Of a stretch of DNA of 38,429 bases, positions 1 to 9,582 are shown piece by piece (the stretch's first letter is position 1; each line of letters starts with the position of its first letter). The notes below the pieces were generated by a model. That model was given only the letters and a program-made list of their open reading frames with translations. It did not search any database and had not been told where the DNA came from. Source of the DNA: a virus; the IMG/VR virus record IMGVR_UViG_3300045988_155207, positions 1-38,429 of that record; one strand, given 5' to 3'. The position numbers and the translations under genes are program-made.

Positions 1-119
1 CTTTTTTTTTATATAAGAGTGTAGTATACTTCATACATTTCTTATAACTTTTATATATAGCATTTTTATATATAGGGGTTTTATAGAAATGTATTCATAT
101 AATACACTATACTACACGA
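1..119. repeat. Terminal direct repeat, copy 1 (identical to 38311-38429)
   Basis: Exact 119-nt identity between window start and end. Contains an internal 9-bp inverted repeat, ATACATTTC at 33-41 and GAAATGTAT at 86-94. Confidence 0.9.
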
Positions 120-170
120 TGTTAAAAAATGTCAATCATTTTTTGAAAATAAAATTTTTTTTGAAAAATA

Positions 171-199
171 TTGACAATTTTAGCAAATAGGTGTATAAT
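171..199 (+). promoter_or_regulatory. Sigma70-type promoter: TTGACA (171-176), 17-bp spacer, TATAAT (194-199), A/T-rich UP region upstream
   Basis: Perfect consensus hexamers with 17-bp spacing, located upstream of the scaffold/capsid operon. Confidence 0.7.
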
Positions 200-312
200 G
201 AGGGCAAAGCAAAAATTCCTCGTGCGCGTGGAGGTTTAACAGCGCGCCCGCACAGTTGCGTGAGTGAACACGCGTTTAAGCTAAATCAGGGCGGTAAGGA
301 GTATCAAGGACT

Positions 313-831
313 ATGGACGAATTGCAGGAACTTTTCGGAGACGGAGCGTTAAGCTATGCCGACTTCTCGGCAAAACTTAACGAACACGGCATTAAGCTCG
401 CCAACATCAAGGCGGGCGGGTATGTGGACAAAGGCAAGTATGACAAGCTGGCGGGCGAGTACGCAAAGTACAAGCAGGAGAACGATGTCAGCAAGTACGC
501 CGATTATGACGCGATAAAGACCGAGCTGGAAACGCTCAAAGCCGAGAAGGCAGACGCGGAATTGGCAAAGGAAGTCGCGGCGGCAAATGTGGACGTGAAA
601 TTTCAGAAGTTTGTTATGTCGGAAGTGAAGCCGCTTGTTACCGACAAAAAGGATTTCAAAGCGTGCCTTGCCGATTACCTGAAAGAAAATCCGCAGTTCG
701 TGGTAAATTCACAGAGGCAGGGAGTGTTTCAAAAAGGCTCTCAGCCGAATTTCGATGACGGCAACAAAGGTGGTGCGCCGTCAACGAACAAGAAAATGAA
801 CGAGATTTTGAGAGGAGCAAGAAAATCATGA
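313..831 (+). CDS. Head scaffolding protein (putative)
   Basis: 172 aa, charged and helical with K/E-rich repeats. Sits immediately upstream of the major capsid gene with an overlapping ATGA junction. AAGGAG RBS. Confidence 0.6.
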   Translation: MDELQELFGDGALSYADFSAKLNEHGIKLANIKAGGYVDKGKYDKLAGEYAKYKQENDVSKYADYDAIKTELETLKAEKADAELAKEVAAANVDVKFQKFVMSEVKPLVTDKKDFKACLADYLKENPQFVVNSQRQGVFQKGSQPNFDDGNKGGAPSTNKKMNEILRGARKS

Positions 832-1973
832 TTACGAGACAGAACGCGGAAGCCCTGTTTACAGAAGACCTCGTCGCGGAGATTATTCAGGGCGTGACGA
901 AGCAGTCGGCGGCGCTGAGAATGTTCAGGCGGCTGCCGAACATGTCGAGCAATATTATGCGTATGCGCGTACTTGACGCGCTGCCTATGGCGTACTGGGT
1001 AAATGACAGTACGAACAACGGTCGCAAAAACGTTACGAATGCGGCATGGGCGAACAAGTATATCGTCCCCGCAGAAATTGCGGTTATCGTTCCGATTAAG
1101 GAAGACGTGCTCGACGACGCAAGTATTGATATTTGGGGCGAAATTCGCCCGCGCCTCGTGGAGGCAATAGGCAAGAAAATCGACCAGGCAATTTTCGTAG
1201 GCGTTGATAAGCCGTCGGCATGGCGTGCTGACCTGCTTTCGTCGATTGCACAGGCTGGCGCGTATGTATCGCAGGGGAGCGGCACGCTGTACTCGGCTAT
1301 CAATGACGCAATGGTCAAGGTCGAGGAGAGCGGTTACAATCCCTCGGGTATTGTCGGCGGCGTGGACGTCAAGGGCAAGTTCCGCATGATGCTGGACACG
1401 TCGGGGCAGCCCATCAAGGGCACGGAGATTGACGAGCTGCCGAAGGCGTATATCGACAACGGCGCATGGGATAAGAGCAAGGCGCAGATGATTGTCGGCG
1501 ACTTCACGCAGGCGGTTTATTCCATTCGTCAGGACATCACCTACAAGGTACTCGACCAGGCAATCATTCAGAACCCTTCCGACGGCGAGATTATGTATAA
1601 TCTTGCGCAGGAAGACATGGTCGCGCTTCGTGTGGTTATGCGTCTTGGCTGGGAAATTCCGAACCCGATTACCGCGTTACAGCCCGATGAAACGGTGCGT
1701 TTCCCGTTCGCAGCAATTCAGGCGGCTTCGGCGCTCACTACGAATACCACGACCTTCACCGTTACCGATGACGGCGCGACGGGGTATATAGAGGGCGCGA
1801 AAGTAACCTTTGGCGGTATGGTTAGCAAAACCAACGCGAGCGGTTCTGCCTCGTTTAAGGCGCAGAACGGCGTGTATCAGTACAAAATCACGGCTAACGG
1901 CTATCAGCCGTACACGGGCAGCGTAACGGTCGACGGTACGGAAGCAGTGCCTGTAACGCTTGTGGCGAAGTAA
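828..1973 (+). CDS. Major capsid protein with C-terminal Ig/Big-like domain
   Basis: 381 aa. Gene order is scaffold then capsid, with a GAGGAG RBS. The C-terminal about 80 aa (TFTVTDDGATGYIEGAKVTFGG...YQYKITANGYQPYTGSVTV) resemble a beta-sandwich decoration domain. Confidence 0.7.
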   Translation: MITRQNAEALFTEDLVAEIIQGVTKQSAALRMFRRLPNMSSNIMRMRVLDALPMAYWVNDSTNNGRKNVTNAAWANKYIVPAEIAVIVPIKEDVLDDASIDIWGEIRPRLVEAIGKKIDQAIFVGVDKPSAWRADLLSSIAQAGAYVSQGSGTLYSAINDAMVKVEESGYNPSGIVGGVDVKGKFRMMLDTSGQPIKGTEIDELPKAYIDNGAWDKSKAQMIVGDFTQAVYSIRQDITYKVLDQAIIQNPSDGEIMYNLAQEDMVALRVVMRLGWEIPNPITALQPDETVRFPFAAIQAASALTTNTTTFTVTDDGATGYIEGAKVTFGGMVSKTNASGSASFKAQNGVYQYKITANGYQPYTGSVTVDGTEAVPVTLVAK

Positions 1974-1991
1974 TAACAGGAGAACAAGGCT

Positions 1992-2360
1992 ATGACGTAC
2001 GCGGATTTTGATTATTATCAGAATGCCTACCACGGCATTCTCATCACCTCCGCCGACGACTACGCCTATTTCGCGGAGAGGGCGGGCGACGAGCTCGCCC
2101 CTTTCGCTAACCGCGTTCCCGACACGGAAGAGGGGCAGACCGCACTCAAACGCTGTGCGTGCCGTATCGCCGATATTCTGTACGGGGATTGGAAGCAATC
2201 GAAAAACGGCGTTTCAAAAATATCCAGCGAGAGCGTGAGCGGGTATTATTCGGTATCTTACGCTACGCCGACTTACGGACAGATACGCTTGCAGGTCAAT
2301 AACGCGATCGCGCTGTATATCGGGCGGTATGTACTCGGCACCCGGCGGGTGATGATATGA
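1992..2360 (+). CDS. Head-tail connector/adaptor (putative, by position)
   Basis: 122 aa ORF with AGGAG RBS directly after the capsid gene. Confidence 0.4.
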   Translation: MTYADFDYYQNAYHGILITSADDYAYFAERAGDELAPFANRVPDTEEGQTALKRCACRIADILYGDWKQSKNGVSKISSESVSGYYSVSYATPTYGQIRLQVNNAIALYIGRYVLGTRRVMI

Positions 2361-2794
2361 GTGATGATTTAAAGTTTTCTATCCGAATAAAGGACAACTC
2401 GCAGTTAGTTCTTGAAGAGGCAGAGAAAGCAACGGAGCGCGCATTGTATGCTATCGGCGTAAAGGCAGTCGAAGGAAGCGTTGACGCTATCAGCGGTAAA
2501 TACGGAATACCTTCGGCTGTGGATACGGGTAGATTGCGTGCGAGCATTTCGTTCATCACGCCAACACAGAAAGGCGGCGGAGAGGTAGGAACGCCGAACG
2601 GAAAGCCGCAGGACAAGTTAAGCGGGAGCGCGGAAAAGAACACGGTAGTTGTCGGCTCGAACGTAGAGTATGCCGAGTATGTGCATAACGGCACGAGCAA
2701 AATGGCGGGCAGACCGTTTCTGCGAGAGGGCATAGACAAAACAAAGGACGAAATGCAGGAACAGGCGGAAAAGATATTCAAGGGGCAACTGTAA
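2357..2794 (+). CDS. HK97 gp10-like head-tail joining protein (putative)
   Basis: 145 aa with translationally coupled start. The motif ...GRLRASISF... and the position are typical of the gp10 family. Confidence 0.5.
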   Translation: MSDDLKFSIRIKDNSQLVLEEAEKATERALYAIGVKAVEGSVDAISGKYGIPSAVDTGRLRASISFITPTQKGGGEVGTPNGKPQDKLSGSAEKNTVVVGSNVEYAEYVHNGTSKMAGRPFLREGIDKTKDEMQEQAEKIFKGQL

Positions 2795-2797
2795 GCT

Positions 2798-3154
2798 ATG
2801 GCAATGGACGATTATTTTTACAAGTGCAACAAACTTGAAAGCGTGACCGTGTCCGACGGGCTGGGCGGATATAAAAATGTCGAGTACGAGGGCGTAGAGT
2901 TCAAAGGGCTTGCCGTGCGTAAGAGTAGTACCGAACAGCTCATCGGCGCATTGCGCGGGCAAGAAGAAGTACAATACACGTTCCATACCTATGCTAATGT
3001 GCCGCTTAAAAAAGACGATAAAATAAAATTCATGGAGGGCGGCGCAGCGCGGTATATCAGGCTCACGAGCGACGAGATAATCAACACGGAGCAGAGCGAG
3101 CAGACCGACTGGAAAAGTTATTCCGCAGAAAGCTACACGCCGATATTGCAATGA
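2798..3154 (+). CDS. Head closure / tail completion protein (putative)
   Basis: 118 aa, translationally coupled within the head-tail joining block. Confidence 0.4.
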   Translation: MAMDDYFYKCNKLESVTVSDGLGGYKNVEYEGVEFKGLAVRKSSTEQLIGALRGQEEVQYTFHTYANVPLKKDDKIKFMEGGAARYIRLTSDEIINTEQSEQTDWKSYSAESYTPILQ

Positions 3155-3534
3155 GCGTAAAGATACTTACCGTCGGGCAAATGCTGTATCAATGGCTTTC
3201 GCAATTCGCCACAACGTATCGCGGAGTATTGCCGGCAGGAGTAAAGCCGAAAAGCCCGTACTTGCAATTTAGCGGGTATTACGATAACTTTGCCACGCAA
3301 TTTATTCTGCCCGTGCAGATTTATCAACTGAACACAACGAGCTATGAAGGCGTGTTACAACTTGCGGATAAAATCGAAAGCGCGGTAACGGAAGCGGGGA
3401 TTTTAATATCCGACGAAAAAATTAAAATCAAAATAGAAAAAGGCTCGCCGTTTTATCAGGATAAACAAGACGAGGACGAAACGGTGCGGGCTGGGTATAT
3501 AAATTTAATAATCACGGTTTACGGAGGTAAATAA
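3151..3534 (+). CDS. Tail terminator / tail completion protein (putative)
   Basis: 127 aa, overlaps neighbours, lies immediately upstream of the major tail protein. Confidence 0.4.
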   Translation: MSVKILTVGQMLYQWLSQFATTYRGVLPAGVKPKSPYLQFSGYYDNFATQFILPVQIYQLNTTSYEGVLQLADKIESAVTEAGILISDEKIKIKIEKGSPFYQDKQDEDETVRAGYINLIITVYGGK

Positions 3535-3537
3535 GAT

Positions 3538-4104
3538 ATGCCACTTAAAACAGGGCTTACGGAAAGAACGATAGTCAACTTGCAACTCAATGCGGGCGTG
3601 CTTTTGACTGCATATACCAAGGGCGAAGATATAGAAGAAACCGCCATTCTCGGCGCAACTCGCGGCGGCGGCAGTTTTACCGCCGTGCCGACTATACACC
3701 AAGCGGCGGTAGACGGCGCGCCGACCTATACGAAAGGACTTGAACGTGTGGACGATTGGGTCATCACGCTGAACGCTACTATGGTTGAGTTGAACGACGA
3801 AGCGGTCAGCCGCGCGCTGGGCGTTGGCGTGGTAAAGACCGGCGGGAATACGGCTGATACCGTGTTCACCGTAAAGCGCACAGTCAATGACGCAGATTAT
3901 AAAGACCTGTATTGGGTCGGCGACCTGTCCAACGGGCAGAACGTCGTAATAAAGATTAAGAACGCGCTGAACACGGGCGGGCTTAACATTACTTTCACGG
4001 ACAGAGGCGAAGGCACTTACGCGCTCGCGCTTATCGGGCACTTTACCGTTGACGACCTCGACACCGCACCGTTCGAGATGACTATTGAGAGGGCGACTGT
4101 ATGA
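3538..4104 (+). CDS. Major tail protein
   Basis: 188 aa with GGAGG RBS. Positioned before the chaperone pair and tape measure. Predicted beta-rich. Confidence 0.65.
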   Translation: MPLKTGLTERTIVNLQLNAGVLLTAYTKGEDIEETAILGATRGGGSFTAVPTIHQAAVDGAPTYTKGLERVDDWVITLNATMVELNDEAVSRALGVGVVKTGGNTADTVFTVKRTVNDADYKDLYWVGDLSNGQNVVIKIKNALNTGGLNITFTDRGEGTYALALIGHFTVDDLDTAPFEMTIERATV

Positions 4105-4445
4105 GGACAGAAGACGCAATAGACAAGTTGTGTGACATAGCACCGATTATCGCGGACATCGGCGAAAAGGCGAAAAACGACCAAGAGTTCAAGGACTTTA
4201 TGGCGAGGTATAACAAAGCCAAAGACAACAGAATGTTTGTTTTGCGCGTGCTTCCTGTTCTTGTAAAAAACTACAAGGAAGATATGTACAGCATTCTTTC
4301 GATTTGGACTGAAAAGCCAATCGACGAGATAAAGGAGCAGTCGCTCGGTGTGACGATTAAGGAAATGAAAGCTATATTCGAGGATGAGGATATACGAGCT
4401 TTTTTTTCCTCGTTCTCCGAACCCAAGAAAACAGCGGCAGAATAA
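4101..4445 (+). CDS. Tail assembly chaperone (gpG-like)
   Basis: 114 aa acidic protein immediately upstream of the tape measure. Carries a T8 run at 4400-4407 near its 3' end. Confidence 0.6.
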   Translation: MRTEDAIDKLCDIAPIIADIGEKAKNDQEFKDFMARYNKAKDNRMFVLRVLPVLVKNYKEDMYSILSIWTEKPIDEIKEQSLGVTIKEMKAIFEDEDIRAFFSSFSEPKKTAAE

Positions 4446-4735
4446 TCTGCTATCTTAATGAGATACGGCGTGGTATGGGGTTGAGGGCGGTAGTCAAGTA
4501 TATTGACTATCGCCTTAAACGTGATACGGAACAAAGTTTATTTGAGCAATGGGTTGCGGAGAATTTGAGCACGATTGCGGCGGGAATGCGGACGAAAGAC
4601 CGTTTCAGCTACACAGAACAACGAGAGCGCGTGTGGGGTAGAGCGAAGCCGAAAGACACAAGGAGCGCGGAACAGATTATCGCGGACACAATGCGCAAGC
4701 ACGGTATTAAAATCAGGAGGAAGCCGAAAGTATGA
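4101..4735 (+). CDS. Tail assembly chaperone G-T fusion produced by -1 programmed frameshift at T-run 4400-4407
   Basis: The -1 frame is open from 4388 to the stop at 4733-4735. The slippery sequence T TTT TTT C lies within the overlap. The downstream ORF (track 4475-4735) has no RBS of its own. This is the canonical G/GT arrangement before a tape measure. Confidence 0.5.
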
Positions 4736-6462
4736 ATTTATTTAATCTATTCGCAACGCTTACGCTGGATAACTCCGAATACGAAAAGAAAATTAACGAA
4801 AGCGGAAAAAGCGCGGCTTCTGTATCGTCTAAAATGGGGACGGCGTTTAAGACCGCTGGGCGTGTTATAGGCGGTGTTGTTACGGGTGTTGCCGCTGTTA
4901 CCACGGCAATAGCCGCACTTGCCGTGAAAACCGTTGATTATATGGGGGACATCGACGACAACGCACAGCGTGTCGGTATGTCCACGGAAGCGTATCAGAA
5001 ATGGGCTTACGCTATGCAGTTGGCTGGCGGGGACGCAAGCACATTGCAGATAGTTATGCGTGAGCTGACGACGTTTACGAACGAGTTGTCGGCAGGACAA
5101 GGCGACGCGTTGCTTACGTTGCAAAAGCTCGGCATAGGCTATGAAGACTTTATGGCGATGCCCGTAGACCAGCAGTTGCAAGCCATTATCGAGGGCTTGC
5201 AGGGTATGGAAAGCCAGACCGATAAGACCACGATTGCACAGGAGATTTTCGGTAACAGAGCATATCAACAGCTTATGCCCATCCTTAATCAGGAAAAGGG
5301 TTACGTTGACGACCTGTTCGAGAGTATGGAAGACCTCGGTCTTGTCATCGGTGATGATGTGGTCAAGGCTGGTGCGGCACTCGGCGATAAGTTAGACCAG
5401 TTAAAACTCACGTTTAAGACTGTCGGTGCGTCTATAATGTCTGACTTATTCCCTCAAATCGAGCTTGTTATTGAGGGTCTTACGGGTATGGCTACGGGCG
5501 CGGAAGGCGCGGGAGATAAGTTTGTTGAGGGTATTATTGGTATCGTTGACAAGTTGGTTTCGGCTTTGCCTAATTTGATTGAAATTGCAGGGAATTTGCT
5601 GGTCGAAGTTTTGGGCGGTATAATATCGGCGTTGCCGTCAATGGTACCGAACATTATAGAAGTGCTTGAAGCCCTGTTGTTTAAGGTTATAGACATACTG
5701 CCGTCATTGACACAGTCGATAGCCGACCTCGCCGTTGCGCTTGTAGACGCCTTGCTCAAGGTTGACTGGGGGTCTTTGTTAATCAATTTGTTTGAGGCAC
5801 TAATCGAAATCGCGTTTGTTCAGCTTCCGAATATGTTGCTCGACGCGCTCATTAGCATATTCGATACTGTCATCAATTTGTTTACCACAAAAGACGGCTT
5901 GAAATCACTTGCGGAGTTTGGTAAGAATATCGGCGAAGCCTTAATCAACGGATTGATTGCGGTAGTTGAAAGCGGTATAAACCTTGCCGTAAAAGCCCTA
6001 AATGCTATTACTAGCGGAATTTCAAAAATATGGACGTGGACGGGTGCTGACCCTATACCCCCAATTCCCAACGTTAGTCTCCCCCGCGTGGACTTTGCCG
6101 AGGGCGGTATGATGGACGACCTCGACCTCGGCACTTATTATCTTGCGCGCGCAGGAGAAGACGGTGCGGAAATTGTGGCACGCGGAAGCAGAGGAACGGG
6201 CGTTGCCAATGTGGAACAGATAGCCGACGCGCAGTATATGGCGATGCAGGATTATGACCTGCGCGGTGCAATACAGAACGCCGCAGTTGCGATTGTGAAC
6301 GGAATTGTAACAGGGCTCGGCAATCAGGACAATAACACGGAAATAACCGTTAGAATAGGCGACAAGGACTTTAATAGCTATGTGGTGAACACGGTCAATA
6401 ACACGTTACGCGCGCAAGGTAGAAAGAGTTTGAACAGGATAACCGCATACGGGAAGGGGTGA
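4732..6462 (+). CDS. Tail tape measure protein
   Basis: 576 aa. N-terminal TM/hydrophobic segment, long helical Ala/Leu/Gly-rich repeats, and a position after the chaperone pair. Confidence 0.8.
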   Translation: MNLFNLFATLTLDNSEYEKKINESGKSAASVSSKMGTAFKTAGRVIGGVVTGVAAVTTAIAALAVKTVDYMGDIDDNAQRVGMSTEAYQKWAYAMQLAGGDASTLQIVMRELTTFTNELSAGQGDALLTLQKLGIGYEDFMAMPVDQQLQAIIEGLQGMESQTDKTTIAQEIFGNRAYQQLMPILNQEKGYVDDLFESMEDLGLVIGDDVVKAGAALGDKLDQLKLTFKTVGASIMSDLFPQIELVIEGLTGMATGAEGAGDKFVEGIIGIVDKLVSALPNLIEIAGNLLVEVLGGIISALPSMVPNIIEVLEALLFKVIDILPSLTQSIADLAVALVDALLKVDWGSLLINLFEALIEIAFVQLPNMLLDALISIFDTVINLFTTKDGLKSLAEFGKNIGEALINGLIAVVESGINLAVKALNAITSGISKIWTWTGADPIPPIPNVSLPRVDFAEGGMMDDLDLGTYYLARAGEDGAEIVARGSRGTGVANVEQIADAQYMAMQDYDLRGAIQNAAVAIVNGIVTGLGNQDNNTEITVRIGDKDFNSYVVNTVNNTLRAQGRKSLNRITAYGKG

Positions 6463-6468
6463 TAACTT

Positions 6469-6852
6469 ATGCTGACGATAAACGGAATCGATATGGAATT
6501 GCCACAGATAGGACGTGAGCCTACTATGGGCTATGCTGATGAGTATGTGGAAAAGACCATGATAAGCGGCAAGATACGCCGTATTTATAAAGGGCGCAGA
6601 TTTTACGCGAATTTTTCGTATGCTTTTCTTACAGCAGAGCAGAGAGCAACGGTCAATTCATTGCTTGCGGCACAGCGTCAGAACGGATATTTGACTGTGC
6701 AAATATCCTCTCCGTTCGGAAGTTATAACGGGCAAGCAATAATCGAACTCGGGCAGGGACAAACACGATTTGCGTATAGCGACGTGCTGGGTGAGTATGT
6801 TTGGACTAACTGGGACTTAACGCTCAAAGGGGTAGACTACGATGATAATTGA
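6469..6852 (+). CDS. Small tail protein (possible distal tail protein)
   Basis: 127 aa ORF directly after the tape measure. Confidence 0.35.
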   Translation: MLTINGIDMELPQIGREPTMGYADEYVEKTMISGKIRRIYKGRRFYANFSYAFLTAEQRATVNSLLAAQRQNGYLTVQISSPFGSYNGQAIIELGQGQTRFAYSDVLGEYVWTNWDLTLKGVDYDDN

Positions 6853-8575
6853 GGGCGTTAGAATAAATTACGGCGTTATTGACCAAACATTGCAGGACGA
6901 CACTATTACTTACGAAACAAGCTCAGACAGCGTGTACTCAGAATTGCACAACACAACGCAAAACGCCGTAGATTTTGATAAAATTGCGTACCTTGAAAAG
7001 GACTATTTTTTGCTTGACGGCACTTTTATCTTTCCAGACACAAACGGTAGCTATGACGTTGGGTGGGAAAGTGCAAGCATTGCGGACGTTAATGGCAATA
7101 TAAACGATTATATCGAGTATGTGTTCAATAATTTACACGACAGTTACGGTATACAGATAATTTTCCCGACAGATTGCGCGGCAGATACATTTACTGTTGA
7201 ATATTTTAACGGCAATAGCCTTGTCGGCGCTAATACAGTTACGGGCAATACCGCTGTAAACTATGTAAACTACGACGTGCGTATGCAGTGGGACAGAGTG
7301 CGCATTACGTTCACAAAGGTCAAGCCGCAACAACGCGCGCGGTTGTTGCAGATTGTATTCGGAATAAACGAATTATACGATGAGGATATGCTAATAAGCG
7401 TTTCAGCGAGCAGAACAACGGACTTGACGGGTGACTATGATGACAGCGGTGAATTTTCGTTTCAGTATTTTAACAACGGACGGTTTAACGTGCAGAGTAT
7501 TAACGACTTGCCTATCGGAATGCAGGAGGGTTTAAAAGTCGTTATTTATATAAAAAAGCGCGGGAGCGACGAGTATGTCATGTTCGGAAATTATTACAGC
7601 GAGAACACGAGCGTTGAAGAAAACGGCAATGTTATAACGGTCAGCGGCTATGATGAATTGTACGGATTGGGTGAAAGCGTATATCGCAACGGTATTGTTT
7701 ACACTGACGGCAGAAGTTTATACGACTGGGCGGAAGAGGTAGCAGAGGACGCGGGCATTACGCTTGCGGTTGACGACGCATTTAAGGATATTATCTCAAC
7801 GGGCTATATAACCGAAGTCCCGCACAGAGAGGCGTTACGCCTTATAGCGGAAGCAGGCAACGGCATACTCGTTATCGACGCGAACGGCAACATTGCACTC
7901 AAAAAACATACGCCGACGGAAAAAGGCGCATTGACTGCGGACGATATTGTCGAGGGCAGTTATTCCGTTGAGAATAGCGATAAACACATCGGTATAAATG
8001 TAACTAAATACACGTTCAGCGCGGCAAGTGCAGAGCAGGAACTTGGACATTTAGAAGAAATTGGGCTTACGGTAGAGCCGCAGGAAATAGAGATTGTTTA
8101 CAGCGAATATCCCGCCGTTATATCCACGATACAGGTATTCGTCGATACTACAAGTTCGGCGCAAATAACTTCAACAAAAATTTATTCTGACCGTTGCGTT
8201 ATAACATTGACAGGTACGGCGGGAGATACCACGTTCGTTACCGTTACGGGCAGACCGTATAACCGCGCTACTACAAAGGTTACACGCGGCAGTACGGCAA
8301 AAAATATAAAAGCAATCGAAAGCAATTATTTAATTACAGGCAGTATAGCAACAAGCGTCGCTAATTATCAATATGAACGCGTTGTTAATAAATATACGCA
8401 TAAGGCGGAGATAGTCAGCGAAACAGACTTTGACCTTGGCGACCACATAGAAATAGATACTGAAAACAGCACAGTATCAACGCAATCTACGGGCGACGGG
8501 CAATACATTACCAGCGTTGCGTTCAATATTTCTTATGACGAAAATGAGACTACAATAGAGGCATTAGATGAATAA
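6842..8575 (+). CDS. Tail-tip/baseplate protein (Tal-like, putative)
   Basis: 577 aa, in the position of the tail-associated protein after tape measure and Dit. Confidence 0.45.
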   Translation: MIIEGVRINYGVIDQTLQDDTITYETSSDSVYSELHNTTQNAVDFDKIAYLEKDYFLLDGTFIFPDTNGSYDVGWESASIADVNGNINDYIEYVFNNLHDSYGIQIIFPTDCAADTFTVEYFNGNSLVGANTVTGNTAVNYVNYDVRMQWDRVRITFTKVKPQQRARLLQIVFGINELYDEDMLISVSASRTTDLTGDYDDSGEFSFQYFNNGRFNVQSINDLPIGMQEGLKVVIYIKKRGSDEYVMFGNYYSENTSVEENGNVITVSGYDELYGLGESVYRNGIVYTDGRSLYDWAEEVAEDAGITLAVDDAFKDIISTGYITEVPHREALRLIAEAGNGILVIDANGNIALKKHTPTEKGALTADDIVEGSYSVENSDKHIGINVTKYTFSAASAEQELGHLEEIGLTVEPQEIEIVYSEYPAVISTIQVFVDTTSSAQITSTKIYSDRCVITLTGTAGDTTFVTVTGRPYNRATTKVTRGSTAKNIKAIESNYLITGSIATSVANYQYERVVNKYTHKAEIVSETDFDLGDHIEIDTENSTVSTQSTGDGQYITSVAFNISYDENETTIEALDE

Positions 8576-8993
8576 TCCGAACTTAGACCCGCTTATTACA
8601 GACAGAACGTCGCAAGACGTTGCTACGCGCACGCAAAAGGGGTTCTACAACGTTTCAGATATTACCCGTATAAATTCATACATAGAATATCTTTCGGATG
8701 TTTTAGACCTAAATTTGACGGTTATAGATGTAACACTCGGTCAAGCCTTGACAAGAGCGGAAATGGATAGTATAATTTCAAATATAAATGCTATACGGGC
8801 GGTGTGGTATGTAGCAAACGATACACCACAAACGCCGCAAGCGTTTAACTGGGATTATCAAAAAGCCAACGATATTGAAAAGATATTGTTGGCGTTAGAC
8901 GAGTTTTATCAGTCGGTTCAGATTGATAAACTATACAGCGGCACGTTTCGTGCTGGAAGTCAAATAAAATTTAGAGGAGCGCAACAACAATGA
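8568..8993 (+). CDS. Hypothetical tail/baseplate protein
   Basis: 141 aa, translationally coupled. Confidence 0.4.
   Translation: MNNPNLDPLITDRTSQDVATRTQKGFYNVSDITRINSYIEYLSDVLDLNLTVIDVTLGQALTRAEMDSIISNINAIRAVWYVANDTPQTPQAFNWDYQKANDIEKILLALDEFYQSVQIDKLYSGTFRAGSQIKFRGAQQQ
8748..8776 (+). promoter_or_regulatory. Internal consensus promoter TTGACA (8748-8753)-17-TATAAT (8771-8776) inside a tail gene
   Basis: Perfect hexamers with 17-bp spacer embedded in the CDS 8568-8993. Would drive the downstream fibre genes. Confidence 0.35.
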
Positions 8994-9265
8994 AAGCGGT
9001 AGTCGATAGAATTGTACAGTATGCTAACCGTTATCAGCTGACAAATGTGGCGACAAGCGAAGTATTAGGCACGTTTGATTTTGATGAAGTCACGGGAACT
9101 GTCCAGCAGGTTGGCACAACAATAGACAAAGAACTGTTTGACAGCATAGCCGCTGATTTAGCGGCGCGTGTTAAGTACACGGATAAATATATCGAGGTTG
9201 ATGACGGGAGCCACGCGGCAAGCAATAGTTTATTGATTGGGGGGATGTTTTTGCGATTACTATGA
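8990..9265 (+). CDS. Hypothetical protein
   Basis: 91 aa, coupled start. Confidence 0.4.
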   Translation: MKAVVDRIVQYANRYQLTNVATSEVLGTFDFDEVTGTVQQVGTTIDKELFDSIAADLAARVKYTDKYIEVDDGSHAASNSLLIGGMFLRLL

Positions 9266-9582
9266 ATAACGAAATTATAATTATACAGGGCGATAGCTAT
9301 CAGGCAGAGCTGGACATAAACGGACTAATAGACGTTTCCGTTGTGGACAAGTGCATTTTTTCAAGCGATTATTTAGGAATATGCAAAGCGTTAACTCTGT
9401 CAAGTGATTTGAACAAGTATGTACTTGCGTTTACGTCGGAAGAAACAAGTAAGATGTTACCAAGCATAGCAAGCTTTGACATTACGTTGTTTTTCAAGGA
9501 CACAAACGTTGCGACGGTGATTTATAAAGGCGATATTAAAATTCTGGATAAAAAAAATAAAGTGACGTGTGGAAATGGATAA
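9262..9582 (+). CDS. Hypothetical protein
   Basis: 106 aa, coupled start. Confidence 0.4.
   Translation: MNNEIIIIQGDSYQAELDINGLIDVSVVDKCIFSSDYLGICKALTLSSDLNKYVLAFTSEETSKMLPSIASFDITLFFKDTNVATVIYKGDIKILDKKNKVTCGNG

Noticed and set aside
1-129. Terminal repeats as transposon-like TIRs or a mobile element
   Set aside because: The ends are direct, not inverted, copies and no transposase is present. The internal inverted copy at 26.2 kb is only 43 nt and is flanked by phage genes.
887-1318. Minus-strand ORFs in the six-frame track overlapping + strand genes (for example 887-1318, 1677-2198, 10787-11431, 23156-23767, 28759-29457, 36671-37162)
   Set aside because: They lie entirely antisense to well-supported + strand genes with RBSs and coupled starts. 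They lack RBSs and have biased, low-complexity compositions typical of shadow ORFs.
1204-1791. Alternative-frame + strand ORFs inside the capsid gene (1204-1389, 1492-1791) and similar internal ORFs elsewhere (2008-2238, 10413-10958 and others)
   Set aside because: They are nested in other frames of confidently called genes. They are Arg/Ser/Cys-rich, as expected from frame-shifted GC-rich coding sequence.
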